Below, piece by piece: positions 1 through 13,909 of a stretch of 64,000 nucleotides of DNA. Made by a program: the position numbers and the translations under genes. The DNA lies in contig CAVNZM010000002.1 of the NCBI GenBank assembly GCA_963693365.1, forward strand, positions 8,715,059-8,779,058, in the 5' to 3' direction. Position 1 is the first letter of the stretch, and each line of letters begins with the position of its first letter. Source of the stretch: Amoebidium appalachense (lineage: Eukaryota; Protista; Ichthyosporea). The notes below the pieces were generated by a model. The model did no database searches and was not told the origin of the DNA. It saw only the letters and a list, made by a program, of their open reading frames with translations.

Positions 1-2
1 TG

Positions 3-86
3 GGGTTTGATGAGAAAAGCATGAAATTCACCGATAGGAAATCTGGGGATGCGTCGGGCACAGGTGGTGGGAGTGGTGCCATGTGA
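3..86 (+). CDS. Possible 3' end of a CDS entering from the left edge (...GFDEKSMKFTDRKSGDASGTGGGSGAM*)
   Basis: Open, non-repetitive frame 3-86 ending in TGA just before a T/G homopolymer tract; too short to identify. Confidence 0.3.
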   Translation, partial: GFDEKSMKFTDRKSGDASGTGGGSGAM

Positions 87-108
87 AGAACTCTAATGTG
101 GAGGACGT

Positions 109-159
<51 letters not shown>

Positions 160-171
160 GTGTGTGTGTGT

Positions 172-216
<45 letters not shown>

Positions 217-1168
217 GGGGGGGGGGGGGAGGGGGGAGTCATTCTGACATAAACACACTACGTGCGGAATCTCAGCGGGGCAAGGGGAGGGCGGAGAAGG
301 GGGGGAGGGGGAGGGGGGAGGGGGGAGGGGGGGGAGGGGGGCAAACTTTGACACCGTGTATATATACCTCACAATTTATTTTCTTCCTTTGATACACCTC
401 GTGTGGGTTTAAACCAATTCACCAAATAGCGCAACCATTTAGACATGGCAGATGGCGATGCTCTCTTGGGTTAGCCAGATTACCATCAGTGTGTGCCTTC
501 ATATCGTTGTTTTTGTTTTTCCCCTTTTTTTTTTGTGACACAATCTTATGAAAATGTGTTATAACTACGGGGCAGGACACACTTTGTTAAGGTTTAGTGT
601 CATGCTTGTGAGACTGATGGGCTCTTCCAAGCACCAATATGCAACCGTTGTCATTGATGGGCTAGAAAGGCCCAGGGCCTTTCTTTGTGTTGACTCCTGT
701 GTAATAATCGCAACTTAAAAAGTATTGCTAGTTTAATGAATTTTAGTTTAAGGTTCCAGCTACCTTAATCTTTGGTTTTTGGCGCTAGTTATAAGTCTAG
801 TGCCTGGAGTGTGCCATGCAGTATTCTGATTTCAACCGTCGTGCCCACCAATCCAAGCTTGACATAAAAACAAACCTGCTTACTCATTTTGTCCTAAGAA
901 TAGACCTAGTCATATGACTATGTTGCCCAAAAATAGACCTCCTAGGGTCACCTGAAAAAGAGACTGTCTGAAAGGGCAGGCCTCTGGTCGCAGTGATTCC
1001 TAAAAACCTAAAAGGTTGATAATATTCGAGCTCAGTAACTTTAAGCCCGCCAGCGGCGGTGCAGATATATACATCGATGATATGGTTTCTTTCTCAGTTG
1101 CTGTTCTCGAGACGATCACTATTCAATGCCACATACTGGGAGGGGTTTTGGGGGAGGGGGGGGAGGGG

Positions 1169-1202
<34 letters not shown>

Positions 1203-1817
1203 TGGGGGATATATGTATAGTCTTGATCTTACACGCATGGACACCCTCCTAGGGTTTGGGTATTTGTATTAAAATAAAGAAAGGGAAACAAATTCTTGAA
1301 AACAAAACAAAAAAATAACTCACCAGTCGATCAAGACCACAGACCAGGCCTGAGATTGTGTATCAATTGGGTTTGTGTGTGCATGCCGTGTCTGGTGTGT
1401 CATGCGCACACATGCCGCACGCGTGTGTCTGGGGGGAAGGGGGGATCCCTCGAGGGGGGGTGGGGAGGGGGGGGGGGAGGGAGGGGGAAAGGGGACGGGG
1501 TGGGACAAGTGTACAGTAACCACAGCGAAAACGACATCACACCTTCCATTCCTACTTGCCGCTTTTAGGCCAGTCAGCAGCCGCTATTATAATGAAGATT
1601 TAGTGCCGCATAATTAATTGTGTTTTTAGTGCATGGCTGGGGGCCTGTGAGTGAGGACCCCGTAACTCCCCGGCCTTGAACCAGCATTTATATCTACCAT
1701 TTTGGCATTTGTGCGTGGAGCCTACATATGCATCGATAACGTCATTTCGTGCACACATGAATCCCCACGGGGAAGATGGAGCTCGAGGGCGCCGGCCAAG
1801 GGGATCATATCCGGGAA

Positions 1818-1869
<52 letters not shown>

Positions 1870-2020
1870 GACATAAGAATCTCGAAACTTATAAAATATA
1901 TGCATGGGCTCCTTTCTGGGTATCAAGCTTAAAAAATAAATCGCCAGTCAATATCAAAGACAGCTCGCTTGAGTATTGGGTGTGGGTGTGCTCCTGGTGT
2001 CCGGTTAGGGAGAAAGAGAT

Positions 2021-2058
<38 letters not shown>

Positions 2059-2069
2059 GCGCACGCACG

Positions 2070-2149
<80 letters not shown>

Positions 2150-2214
2150 GAGAGAGAGAGAGAGAGGTTGTGTGTGGGGAGGGAAAGGGGGCAAGTGAAC
2201 CATGTAGAAAACAC

Positions 2215-2770
2215 CTGTGAAAGACATCATTCTGTCCATAAAAGGTTACATCACAGGCACATTTATTGGCTCATTCCTCGCGGAAGATGAGGTCCGCATC
2301 CCCATACTACCGGTAGCAAGGTGTGTGTGTGTGTGTGTGTGCGTGCGTGTGTGTGTGTGTGTGGGCGGGGGGGAGGGGGGGGGGGGGGGGGGGGGGAGGG
2401 GACACCAAGCTTCACACTGCACAGTGAACACAATTCTCATAAACGACATCACTGCAAAGGCTTCCCATAAAAGGTCACCTCACAGCCACATTTATTGGCT
2501 CATTCCTCGCGGAACGTGAGGTCGGCGTCCCCCACGCTAGCGGCAGCAATTGTGTTTTTAGTGGGTGGGTGGGTGGGTGGGGAGGGGGGGGGGGGGGGGG
2601 AGGGGGGGGGGGGAGGGGGGCAGGGGAGCACCAAGCACACAGTGAACAATGTACGTGAAAATATCACACTATCCATAGAAGGTTACATCACAGGCACATT
2701 TATTGGCTCATTATTCCTCGCGGAAGGTGAGGTCAGCATCCCCCACGCTAGCTGTAGCAATAGTGTTCTC
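2215..2770 (-). repeat. Three tandem diverged copies of the PSMD13 C-terminal codons + stop + AATAAA poly(A) signal
   Basis: tttattggctca(tta)ttcctcgcggaa recurs at ~2262, ~2491 and ~2699 with flanking similarity; copies are separated by GT/G tracts. Confidence 0.9.
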
Positions 2771-3300
2771 CACATTGGCACACCACTGGGCTAGGCGTAC
2801 GGCCATGCCCTCCACCTGCTGACGGTCAAGAACACGCGGTTGAACCCATGTGACCCTGTGAAAGAGGGAGAGGGGGTGAGTGGTTTGTTTCCTTGCTCTC
2901 GTTTTCTTTTTGGGGGGGCGGAGGGGGGGGGGGGGGGGGGGGGGAGGGGAGGGGATGAAGGAAGCTAAGCCAGGGAAGGAGAGAGGGTGGGAGCGAGGGG
3001 AGAGGGAGGGGGGGGGGGGGGGGGTTTGGAGGGGGGGAGAAAGTGGGACGGAAAGGGAGGGAGGAAGGGAGAGAGGGAGGAAGGGAGGGGAGGAACGAGG
3101 GAGGGAGGGAGGGGGAGAGAGAGAGAGCAAGAGAGGTAGAGGTGTGTTTGTGTGTGTGTGGAGATGGCGTGCCCCCCCCCCCCCCCCCCCCCCCCCTCCC
3201 CCCCCCACACCCACCCACTCCTCCCCCCCCTCCCCACACACACCAGGGGGAGAGGAAGTGGGGGGAGGGGGGTGAGTGGGTGTGGATTGAGGTGTGTGTT

Positions 3301-3337
<37 letters not shown>

Positions 3338-3344
3338 AAAAAAG

Positions 3345-3409
<65 letters not shown>

Positions 3410-3647
3410 GCACACACGCGCACGTATCTCTAATATAACTCACCTGACTGTCTTTGTGACCTCATCAATGGTGCCTCGGATCAGCTTGAGTGACAGCGCC
3501 CTCATCACGAGATACTCGACCTGTGCACACAAGCGTTTCTTTAATGTTTTACCATATATGGATGGAATAAACAAACACAGGAGAGGCCCAACGCAAACGT
3601 CTTTAATGACATGTTACCAGTTATGGGATGTATACACACACAGGATA

Positions 3648-3681
<34 letters not shown>

Positions 3682-3821
3682 TTTAGTGTTCATCTGTCAT
3701 GGAATATACAGACACGCACGACGGACAACACAATGCAGTACCAAGCATACACAAAGAACATGCATCATAAGCAGACCCCATCCTACCAGGAGTAAGAGAG
3801 GGTGTGTGTGTGTGCCTGTGT

Positions 3822-3867
<46 letters not shown>

Positions 3868-3975
3868 CCATATGTTACGGAGCACGAGATACAGATACAC
3901 AACGGACAAGCAATGAAGGTTTTGCACATGGGGAGGGAGTGAGGGAGGGAGGGAGGACGGATTTGGAGGCGGCGG

Positions 3976-4011
<36 letters not shown>

Positions 4012-4524
4012 GGGGTATTACATCATCGACGGGCAAGCGTGTCTGAGTGGCGATGACGTCAAATGGGATTGTTCTGCTGTCGGAGGGCCGGGCAAAGACT
4101 ATCTCCATGAGACACATCAAGCACATCTTCTTGCGGATGCTCACTACGTGCTCCACCAGCAGCGCCTGTGTACGTGTACGTGTGTGTACGTGTGTTCGCA
4201 TGTGTGTACGTATGTGTGGTGTGTGTGTGTGTGTACGTGTGTGCGCATGTGTACGTGTGTGTGTGTGTACGTGTGTGTGTGTGTGTACGTGTGTGTACGT
4301 GTGTGTGTGTGTACGTGTGTGCGCATGTGTGTATGTGTGTGTGTGTGTGTGTGTACGTGTGTGCGCATGTGTGTACGTGTGTGTGTGTGTAGGTGTACGT
4401 GTGTGTGTGTACGTGTGTGTACGTGTGTGTGTGTACGTGTGTGTGTGTACGTGTGTGTACGTGTGTGTGTACGTGTGTGTGTGTGTGGTGTGTACGTGTG
4501 TGTGTGTGCGCATGTGTGGTGTGT

Positions 4525-4566
<42 letters not shown>

Positions 4567-4579
4567 TGTGTACCTGTGT

Positions 4580-4642
<63 letters not shown>

Positions 4643-5154
4643 CGTGCGTGCGTGTGGGCGCGGGCGCGGGGTGGGGGGTGGGGGTGGGGAGGGGGGAGGG
4701 GGATGATGGAGATGAGAGGGGGTTTTAATAAGGGCTGATGGCTAGGGGTGTTTTGGATGGGGTGTGGTTGGGTAGGGGATAGGACGGAAGAGAAAGATGG
4801 TGCGCAAAGCAATTGGAAATATAGGGTTTGGGTGCCTCTGTGGGTGGGGTAGGTATTCCCCGTCTTCTCTAATTAATTCTCTTCTTTTTTCTCTTCCACT
4901 TGCTCTCTATTCCCTATCAACCCAGGTCACCCCCCTTTTCCCCCAACACATACACACATACCCCACCAACCAACCCCCACCACCCCTAGCTGCGCGTGCC
5001 CCCCCCCCCCCCCCCCCCCACCCACTCACACCCATCCACCACCCCCCCTCCCCATGCGCCCCCCCCACCTCCCCATGCGCCCCCCCCCCATCCCCCGCCC
5101 CCCCCAACACACACACCCATCCACCGACCCCTCCCCCCCTCCCCCCTCTTCTCC

Positions 5155-5188
<34 letters not shown>

Positions 5189-5666
5189 CACCCACACCCA
5201 CCTGTGACTGCCAATAGGACTGCAGGGCCTCGAACTCTCCGATGTCTCCGCGGTTGAATGCAAACAGTAGCTTGACCATCCACTCGCGACCAGTGCCCTT
5301 GAGCGAGTTGAGCACGGGGTGCGCAATCTGCAGCCCAATCAGTGTCAGCCAATGAAACTTTTAGTTTGATAGAAAGATTTAGAAGTAGAGCACTGGGTGT
5401 GCAATCTGCAGCCCAATCACTGTCAGCCGATAAAACTTAAGATTAAAGATTTAGAAGTAGTGCACTGGGTGCGCAATCTGCAACCTAAACCAAACAAGGT
5501 TCATTCAGCAGACAATTTTCTGGACAGAAGGTAAGAAAGTTGGAAACCCGATCACTCTCAGCTATTCATATTTTCTCTGTTTTATCTCCCTTTCTTCCCT
5601 CTGGTTTCATCACACACGCACCAGCCCTCCAAAATTGTAGAGGCCAGGGCTCAGGATGGCAGCCAG

Positions 5667-5697
<31 letters not shown>

Positions 5698-6040
5698 CTC
5701 TTTTCCTTTCCCCCTCCTTTTTTCCCTCCATAATTGCACACACCAGCTCTCCGAAGTTGTAGAGGTCGGGGCTGAGGATGGCAGCCAGGCCCAGATCAAA
5801 GGCATAGTCCTGTTGCTCCTGTATGCTCAGTGTGCCCTCGTCGATACACCCGAGGTACCGCAGTGCCTCCCGGTAGAAGTCACCAAATGACGCCTTGACC
5901 TATTTGGGGCGGTGGATATGGTTTATTGGTATTGTCATTGTTTTTTGTTCTTGTTGTTGTTGTTGTTGTTGTTACTATTACTATTACTATTACTACTATT
6001 AGTATTACTACTTTTATAAAAACTACAAAAAATTAGGGAT

Positions 6041-6073
<33 letters not shown>

Positions 6074-6713
6074 CACATACACACACGAACGCACACGCAC
6101 ACACACACACCGGGGGGAGGAGGGGAGGGAAGGGAGGGGGTGGTGAAGGGAGAGGGGGAGGGGGAGGGGGCAGGAGGGGAGGGGAAGGGGGGGGGGGGGG
6201 GGGGGGGAGGACAGAGGGTAGGGAGAGAAAGGGAGAGAGGCAGGGAAGAAAGGAGGCAAGGCAATGGACGAGGAGATGTGTATGTGGGGAGGCGGCACCC
6301 GGAAAGGGGGGGGGGGGGGGGGGGGGGGGACGGAGGCAGTAAGGGGAGTAGAATTAGAATAAGCAGGTTTGTAGAGTATTTGTGCACGTCCATATGTGTA
6401 TTCGTGTGAATAAGTTGTGCGGATGTGTTGGCATGCATGTGCTGTCATTGTGTGTGCCCAGGACATCAACACACAGACACAACAAACACGAACTCTATCA
6501 TGAGATGCACGAGCATAAGACACAATAGACGAGCCGAAACAGACACCCGAAAATTGAAGCTATTAGAGCCAAAATGTGGTAGGACTGCCCCCGTCAGGCC
6601 TCCTCCCCCCCCCCCCCCCCCCGACCCTCCCCCTCTAAAACTCACACATACACACAAAGAAACACACCCACACCCACACCCACCCATCCACCCACACACA
6701 TCATCCACCCACA

Positions 6714-6751
<38 letters not shown>

Positions 6752-7754
6752 CCCCACCCACCACCACCACCACCACACACACACAACAACAACAAAAAAA
6801 ACTAAAAAAGAAAGAAAGAAAGAAACAAAAGAAAAAACAAAAAGAACACACACACACACACACACATATCCCTCCCCACCCTACACCCATACCCCCCCCC
6901 CCCCCAAAAAAAAAAAGGCACCACACACCCACGCACCTTCTGGTACTGTGCACTTAGGCGGTAGTACATGGCATGGATGGCCAGTCCGATGTCGTCATTG
7001 GCATCAAGCACCTGCTGGGCCTCCTCAAGCAGAGCCTTACACCCCTCAAGGTCTGGGAAAGGTGAAGGGGGGGGGGGGGGATGGGATGCGGAGGGGGGAA
7101 GAGAGAGCGAGTCAGAGAGATTTTGGAAAAGGGGATGGGGGGGAGGGTACGAAGGAGAGAAAAAGATTAAAGGAAAGCTAGGGGGAGGGGGTTTGGGGGG
7201 GGGTGGGGGGGGGGGGGAAGGACATAGAGAGAGAGAGAGAGGCAGGGAAGGAGCTTTGGGCGGGGCGGGGGGGGGGGGGGGGGGGGGGGGGGGTTTGAAT
7301 GCGGAACACAGTACGAAGTACGCATACACGATGAGAAGCATGGTGCAGGACACATGCAAAGGCAAACATTCAAGTATGCAACATCAGCCATGCGCACAGT
7401 ATGTGTCATAAGCAGAGCCCATCCTCAGTGTTAATGGAGACGGGTGTACATGGTTGTGCGTATACATGCGCTCTTACGCTAAAAACAGGAGAGCAGGTGT
7501 ATTGAGGAAAGAGCAAATACCAAACATCAACCAAGTGAAAGGCTTAGGCAAATCATTCAATGCTGTCTTCTAAATTTTCTGCATGTGGGCCAAACGTCTG
7601 TCTGTATGTGTGCACGCTGTGAGGACCCCCCTCCCCCCCAAGCAGGGATGGTAGGGAGGGTCGGGGGTCGAGGCTCAAAATAGAATAAACTAAACACACC
7701 CACCCACCCACACCCACCCACCCACCCACCCACCCACACCCACCCACGCACCCC

Positions 7755-7786
<32 letters not shown>

Positions 7787-7964
7787 AAAAATAAATAAAA
7801 AATAGAAAAATAAATAAAATAAAACAAACAAAAAATACAAATAAACATACCGCCAAGCTGCAGTTTGAAATCTGCAATAGCCATGTTGCATGCCACGGTG
7901 GCAGCCTTGTTGGCAGACACCTTCTTGAGGATACCCTCAAGGAAAGAGATGCGCGCATCGTGCG

Positions 7965-8011
<47 letters not shown>

Positions 8012-8475
8012 ATTTTTGGGTACCCGCGCGTGAGTGTGCGGATGGGTGTGAGTGAGGAGAGAGATGGCGGCGAGAAAGGAGGGGAGAGAGAGGGGGGAGG
8101 GGGAGCACGGGAAAGGGATAAGATGGTCATCGGATGGTGGTGGTGTTTTTTTTTCCCGGGGGGAGGGGGAGAGGGGTGGGGGGGGTAAGCCTATTAGGGA
8201 GACGATAGTTAGGAATAGTAAACGTACTCAACCCAGTAATGGCTCCAACATACGAAGAGAAAAAGCCGAGAGAAAGGGAAGCAAGAAAGTGTCATGTTGA
8301 CAGGATAACGAAACAAGTAATGTAAGGAGGAAGAGAACAACAAGGGGATGGGCCCGGAGCCCTACGGGCTGAGAGGGGGACGGCAAAGAAAAATTCCAAC
8401 CCGGAGCAAAACAAAGAGAAGGAAAGAATGGGCATGTAAGGAACAAATGATTCCCCCCCCCCCCCTCCCCCCCCC

Positions 8476-8511
<36 letters not shown>

Positions 8512-9964
8512 TCCCCATCCCCCAGAAAGACAAAAACAAAGAAAAAAAAAAAAATGAGTTAAAGGCGCACGATAACCAGGTAAAAAAAATAAAAAAATAA
8601 AAAAAAGGGAAGAAGAAGAAGAAAAAAGAAAAAGAAAGAAAGAACCCATGCAATAACCCCCCCCCCCCCCCCCAAAAAAAAAAAAAAAAAATGAAAAAGA
8701 GAAAAAAAAAAAAATGAAAAAAAAAAACAAACCAAACCAACAACATGAATACATATAAAACCATCCACTTACATGGCAGCTGCCTGATGACGCTGAACAC
8801 AATCTCCACCAGTGACAGCTGGTTGAGCTTGGCCTCAAAGTCCACCAGAAAGCAGTTGTACAGCCCCACCAGCCACTCCCCAGTTTGGAACTCTGGCCGC
8901 TTGACAAACTCCACAAGGAATACCGTCAACTGATGCCACAGCCTGTGAAACATGGGGGGGATAGGAGGAGAGGGTGACAGAGGGTGGGAGGTGGAAAGGC
9001 GGAAAGGAGAGGATGGGAGGATGGGGGAGATGCGGGGGGAAGAGTGGAAAGGGGGGAGAGGGGAGGGGGGGGGGGGGAAGGAAGGGGAGGGAGGGAGGGA
9101 AGGGGGAGGGGGGAAGGGTGGGGAAGGGGGGGAGGGGGGGGGGGTTTTGAATGCGTCAAAAAGTACGAAGTACACAAGAACAAACGGATAACACGATGCA
9201 GAATGCAAGCCATACATAAAGAGTATGCATAATAAGCAGAGCCCATCCTCAGGGGGGGCCCACGTCATCCACAGTACCCGAGTTTCGACCTATTCCCCTC
9301 GTTAACGAAACCCAACTCAGATACTGTTTCACTTGAACATGAGTAGGTCACCCGTGGGAGTGGGAAGGGTGGGTGGAGTAGGGAGGGGGGGGGGGGGGGG
9401 GAGAAGAGGGAAATGGAAGGGAGGGGGGGGGGGGGGGTGGGTGGGTTAGAATGCATTATAGAATGCAAGTCCACATTCAAACCAGGCAACGTAATATACA
9501 GAGTGAAAACCACACAATGAGTATGCATCGTAAGCCGGGGGGGGGGGGGGGGGGGATGTATGCGTTAGAGGGTTGGAAATATGGAGGAGACAACAAAGAG
9601 CAACAACAAATCGTCACAAAGATGGAAAATCCAAAATTAAACAATCTAAGCGTGCAGGCAGAAGACACTTGAACAGAGCCCATCATCAGGGGGGGTGCCT
9701 ATGCCTCCACAAAAGCATGGGTTTCGAATCTTTAACCTCTCGCGCGTGGTTCCCAACCCATACTTTGTTTGGGGGGAGGGGGGGGGGGAAGAAGGGGGGA
9801 AAGTCATCCACGGTACCCGAGGTTCGACCCTTTCACCTCGTCAGCCAAACATATTTCAGATACTGCTTCATTTAAAGAGATATGAATGAGTTATACATGA
9901 CGGCACACGTCCATGATGGAAAAAAACGGAAGGAGGGGGTGTAGGAGGGAGGGCGAGAGAGAGG

Positions 9965-9995
<31 letters not shown>

Positions 9996-10178
9996 CGGAG
10001 GCGGTAGGGGGGGGGGGGGAGGGGGAGGTGGTGAGGGGAAGAAGGGGGACGTGGGAGTTGGGAGTTACAGTGTACAAAACAAAGACTCGGAAAGGATACC
10101 GGAATGCGGATATGCGCAAAAGAACACACACATACACACACACAGAGTGTATGTTGATAAAAAGGGGGCCCGAGACGC

Positions 10179-10211
<33 letters not shown>

Positions 10212-10463
10212 CTGGGGGGGTTGATGTATGCATCAGAGTAAAGAAATTATGAAAGAGGAGCATCAAAAGAGAAAAGCACAAAAACCCACATAAGATACAA
10301 AAACCAGAAATCACCCCCGGAAGGGGAGAGGGTGGGCCGACGGGGGGGGGGGGGGGGGGGGGGGGGGAGGGAGAAGGATAGTATGCATGTGTGCATGTGT
10401 GTGTGTGCAGGGTGGGGGGATAGGAGGGGGGGGGGGGGGGGGGGGGTGTTACAATGTGTTGAA

Positions 10464-10528
<65 letters not shown>

Positions 10529-12066
10529 TGAGCGCGCGCGTGCGCGGGCATATGTGCGGGCGGCGGGCGTGCCTGTGTATATAGCCGGGGGCTTTTGTGT
10601 TTATTTTGCGCGGCGCCGGGGGGAGAGGGCAGGGGGGGGGGGGGGGGGGTATGTATCAGGGGGTTAGAGTTATGGAAGTAGAGACACTAAAAGGCAAAAC
10701 ACAAAACGTGACAAAAAAAAAAACCCAGAAACAAGCCAAAAAAAAAAAAGGGGGGGGAGGGGGCGAGAAGGGAGGGGGGAAGGATACACTTGAACAGAGC
10801 CCATCATTTATGTTTTTTTGTTTGTTTTTTTTGTGGAGAGGAGGGGCGGCGGAGGGGGGAGGGGAAGGGCCGGCAGCCAGGGCAGGTAGAATGATGGGGT
10901 GGGGGGGGATTTGGGGCGAGTAGTCGGGTAGGTCGAGGAAGGTGCAAGGTTGTGTGTTTTGCACTTGCACTCGGGACGGAGGGAGGGGGGAAGGGGGTGG
11001 GGGGAGGGGGGTGGAGATGGGTGGATTTGGAATTAGGGGGAAGTGGGTGCATGCTCTGTGTGAAAGGAAGCATGAGAATGCGGGTGAACAGTTTGAAGTA
11101 GGAATGGGTGATTAGGAGGGCGACGCTGTTTGAGTGTTTGTGTGCACTGAAGAAAAAGGTGATGGTGGGAAGGAGGCGGGGGAGGGGGGGGGGGGGGAGG
11201 GGAGGGGGGGGGGAGCGGGAGGGGGGAAAGGGGAGAGGGGGGGGAGTGAAGGTATATGTGTGTGCAGGTGGTGGGGTGGGGGATGGGAGGGTGTTTGAGA
11301 ACAGCGGGTAAGCAGGTGAATGCCTGTGGACGTGTGCATATTTGATACTCCCGTGGGAATCGGGGGAAGGGAATGTTTTTGAGGGAAAAACGAAGGCAGA
11401 GGGGTGCCCTTGGATATATCCAAGTTAACCCATAGGAGACGGATGTGCTAGTCGATGCGTGTGTGTGCTGCCGTGTGGTTCCGGGGGGGGGGGGGGGGGG
11501 GGGAGGAGGGGGGGGGAGGGTTGTATTTCCTTGAAACGGGGGCAGGATTTACGACCCAGGGGCAGGGGGGAGGGGAGGGGGGGAGGGGGGGGGGAGCAGA
11601 CGAAAGCGGCAGGCGATAAGTACCGGGAGGCGGGAGAATGGTTGGGTGGGGGTGTGTGTGTGGGGGGGGGGGGGTGTCACAGAGGAACCGAGTGTGGAAG
11701 GAGCGAGGGAAGGGAGAAGGAAGAGAGCTGTGGGGTCGAGGGAGAGGGCGGTTGGGGGAAGGAAGGTGGAAAGAGGGCACTGATGGACGAGAGGCAGAGC
11801 GTAACAAAACGAGGGTGCCCGTGTTTGCCAAGCCCCAAGTACCTGTCACGAACGCACAGGCACCCACATACAAGAGCATATCACACCTCCAAATAAGAGA
11901 TTGCAGCCCAGCGCACACGCTACAAGACCCGGGCCTACATATGCATGTAAGCACGAACACAGGGTCACACACAAGCACCCGCACAGACGAGCGCATGCAC
12001 GCCCACACACACAAGTACGTACATGCATGCATGCCAGCACGCCCACACACACATACACGCACACAC

Positions 12067-12133
<67 letters not shown>

Positions 12134-12347
12134 CCCACACTCACAACCACATCCGCTCTCACACGCACACACACACACCCACACGCACACACACATGCCC
12201 ACGCGAGCATGCCTATATCCCCAAAGCAGAGACAATCCAGGAACCATACTTTTTGCTGTAGAGGTTTTCAATCTTATCCAGGTCGGCCGCAAGCTCCGGA
12301 TGCGCCAATCTTTGCGCCGTGAGAAAGTTCTGTACGTCGATGGCCAT
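2711..12347 (-). CDS. PSMD13: 26S proteasome non-ATPase regulatory subunit 13 (Rpn9), 9 exons, ~381 aa
   Basis: Exons (minus): 12347-12250, 8942-8773, 7964-7851, 7052-6937, 5899-5744, 5327-5202, 4165-4022, 3520-3444, 2855-2711. All introns are GT-AG and phase-consistent (1146 nt). Motifs: [73 protein letters not shown] (PCI domain). Confidence 0.96.
4168..4660. repeat. Compound (GT)n/GTAC microsatellite in PSMD13 intron 6
   Basis: About 490 bp of GT repeats interrupted by GTAC and GCGCAT units. Confidence 0.95.
5317..5485 (-). repeat. Triplicated ~70-80 bp unit containing the exon-6 splice acceptor (tgcag|attgcgcaccc)
   Basis: gggtgcgcaatctgca at ~5317, ~5396 (variant gggtgtgcaatctgca) and ~5467; aaagatttagaagtag also repeated. 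Confidence 0.88.
9147..9355. repeat. 209-bp dispersed repeat, copy A (PSMD13 intron 1)
   Basis: Appears identical by eye to 40880-41088; diverged fragments at ~7294-7430, ~9447-9872 and ~10785-10808. Confidence 0.92.
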
Positions 12348-13138
12348 TTTGAAAGTTTTGTGCTTCTACGCAGACAGTGTGTAATGCCTTTTTAAAAAGA
12401 GGTGAACAGTGAAGGCCTTTATGGAATAATCACAACAGATTTTAAGGAACCAAAACTGTCAAACACTCAGATTCTTTTCCTGGATGCTTGCAAATCTAAA
12501 AGCCTTCACAGTAACTACATTGAAGTTATGAAAAACGTACGTTATTTGCCTGCCAACAAAAATAAATGCGACAAGAGAGAGTTGAGCATAAGGTAGCCCC
12601 GCCTGTTCGTTCTTATATTACACGACAAAAAACTCTTTCTCCTTATGATTAGCTCCCCGGCTCGCTCAGTCAGGCTTTCTTGCACAAAAAAAAAAAAACA
12701 ATGCCCGGAGAACCGAACGGCAGCCCGGGGAATTCATCGATGACGTAAACAAAAGGAGCCTCGAGAGGGCCACAAGAGAGTAACCTTCAGGTCTAAATAT
12801 AGTAACTGCAATTAGTGTGCAAGGCCCGAAATAGGTCTTTGCTTCTGCTGGGCCAAGAATGAACCATTTATAGCTGTTTGAAAAGAGCACCTATTGGTGT
12901 TCCTATTCAAGCTTACGTAATCTTCCGCACCACTGCCAGTTGCGCAGCCTGAGGCCTGAAAAAATAAAAACATACACGTGATTTTTGAAATGGTTTTGGT
13001 GGCAATGTTTTTTCAACGTATATGTGGCCTTCTATACCTGTTTGGGATTCTTTTAAGTATTGACCTTTTTTATTTCTTTCACTTTACCTTTTACTCCTCT
13101 TCACACTTTTAACACCCTTATCATCTCGCCTCAAAATA
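12348..13138. promoter_or_regulatory. Bidirectional promoter region PSMD13 / DUF455
   Basis: 790-bp microsatellite-free interval between divergent ATGs; contains CACGTG (~12975) and GGTGGCAAT (12998-13006). Confidence 0.6.
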
Positions 13139-13590
13139 ATGGCGGAAGTCACGGATCCTGGTAGCCTGAATCTCACCGGCCAAGAGACTCTAACAGAGCT
13201 AGCCGTACGGATACTCGAAACGGGTGATGCAGAAGAAAAGGTTCGCCTAACAGACTATGTGTGTAAGGCGTGGAAAGAGGGGAAGATTGAGGAGGTCGGG
13301 AACACACTGCCTCCTGATACTCCTGCACCACCAAAGGGTAACCCCCCACACCCCCCGCCCAAAAAAAAAAAAAAAGGCTTGAAAAAACTGTATATGCACG
13401 CTCTTGCTCATGCGGTCAGATTCACACTGCAGGCATGCCCACACTGCATGCACCAGTAAATGTACACGTGCACTTTCACGCACACCCGCGCTCACACACA
13501 TAAAAAGGACCCCCCCCCCGCCACCCCCCCCCCCCCCCACACACACACACCTTGTGTGCGTGCACACACATGCACACACAAACACTCACA

Positions 13591-13642
<52 letters not shown>

Positions 13643-13874
13643 TACACAGAAACACACACACACACAACTGCACATCAACGCTCCTATGCAAAGGACCCCC
13701 CCCCCCACACACACACACGCACACACACGTTTGCACAATTAGCACGCAAGCACACCAGCATCTCCTCACCTTGCTCTTGTACCATCACTATCTTGTATTT
13801 TGGATGTGCCACATCAATTTTCATTGTCTTCTGCCCCGTCTTTTTAATGGTTGCTTCCCCCCCCCCCCCCCCCC

Positions 13875-13909
<35 letters not shown>

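Noticed and set aside
9800-9845. tRNA-like GGTTCGACCC
   Set aside because: No T-stem pairing or cloverleaf; kept only as a weak hint for the dispersed repeat.
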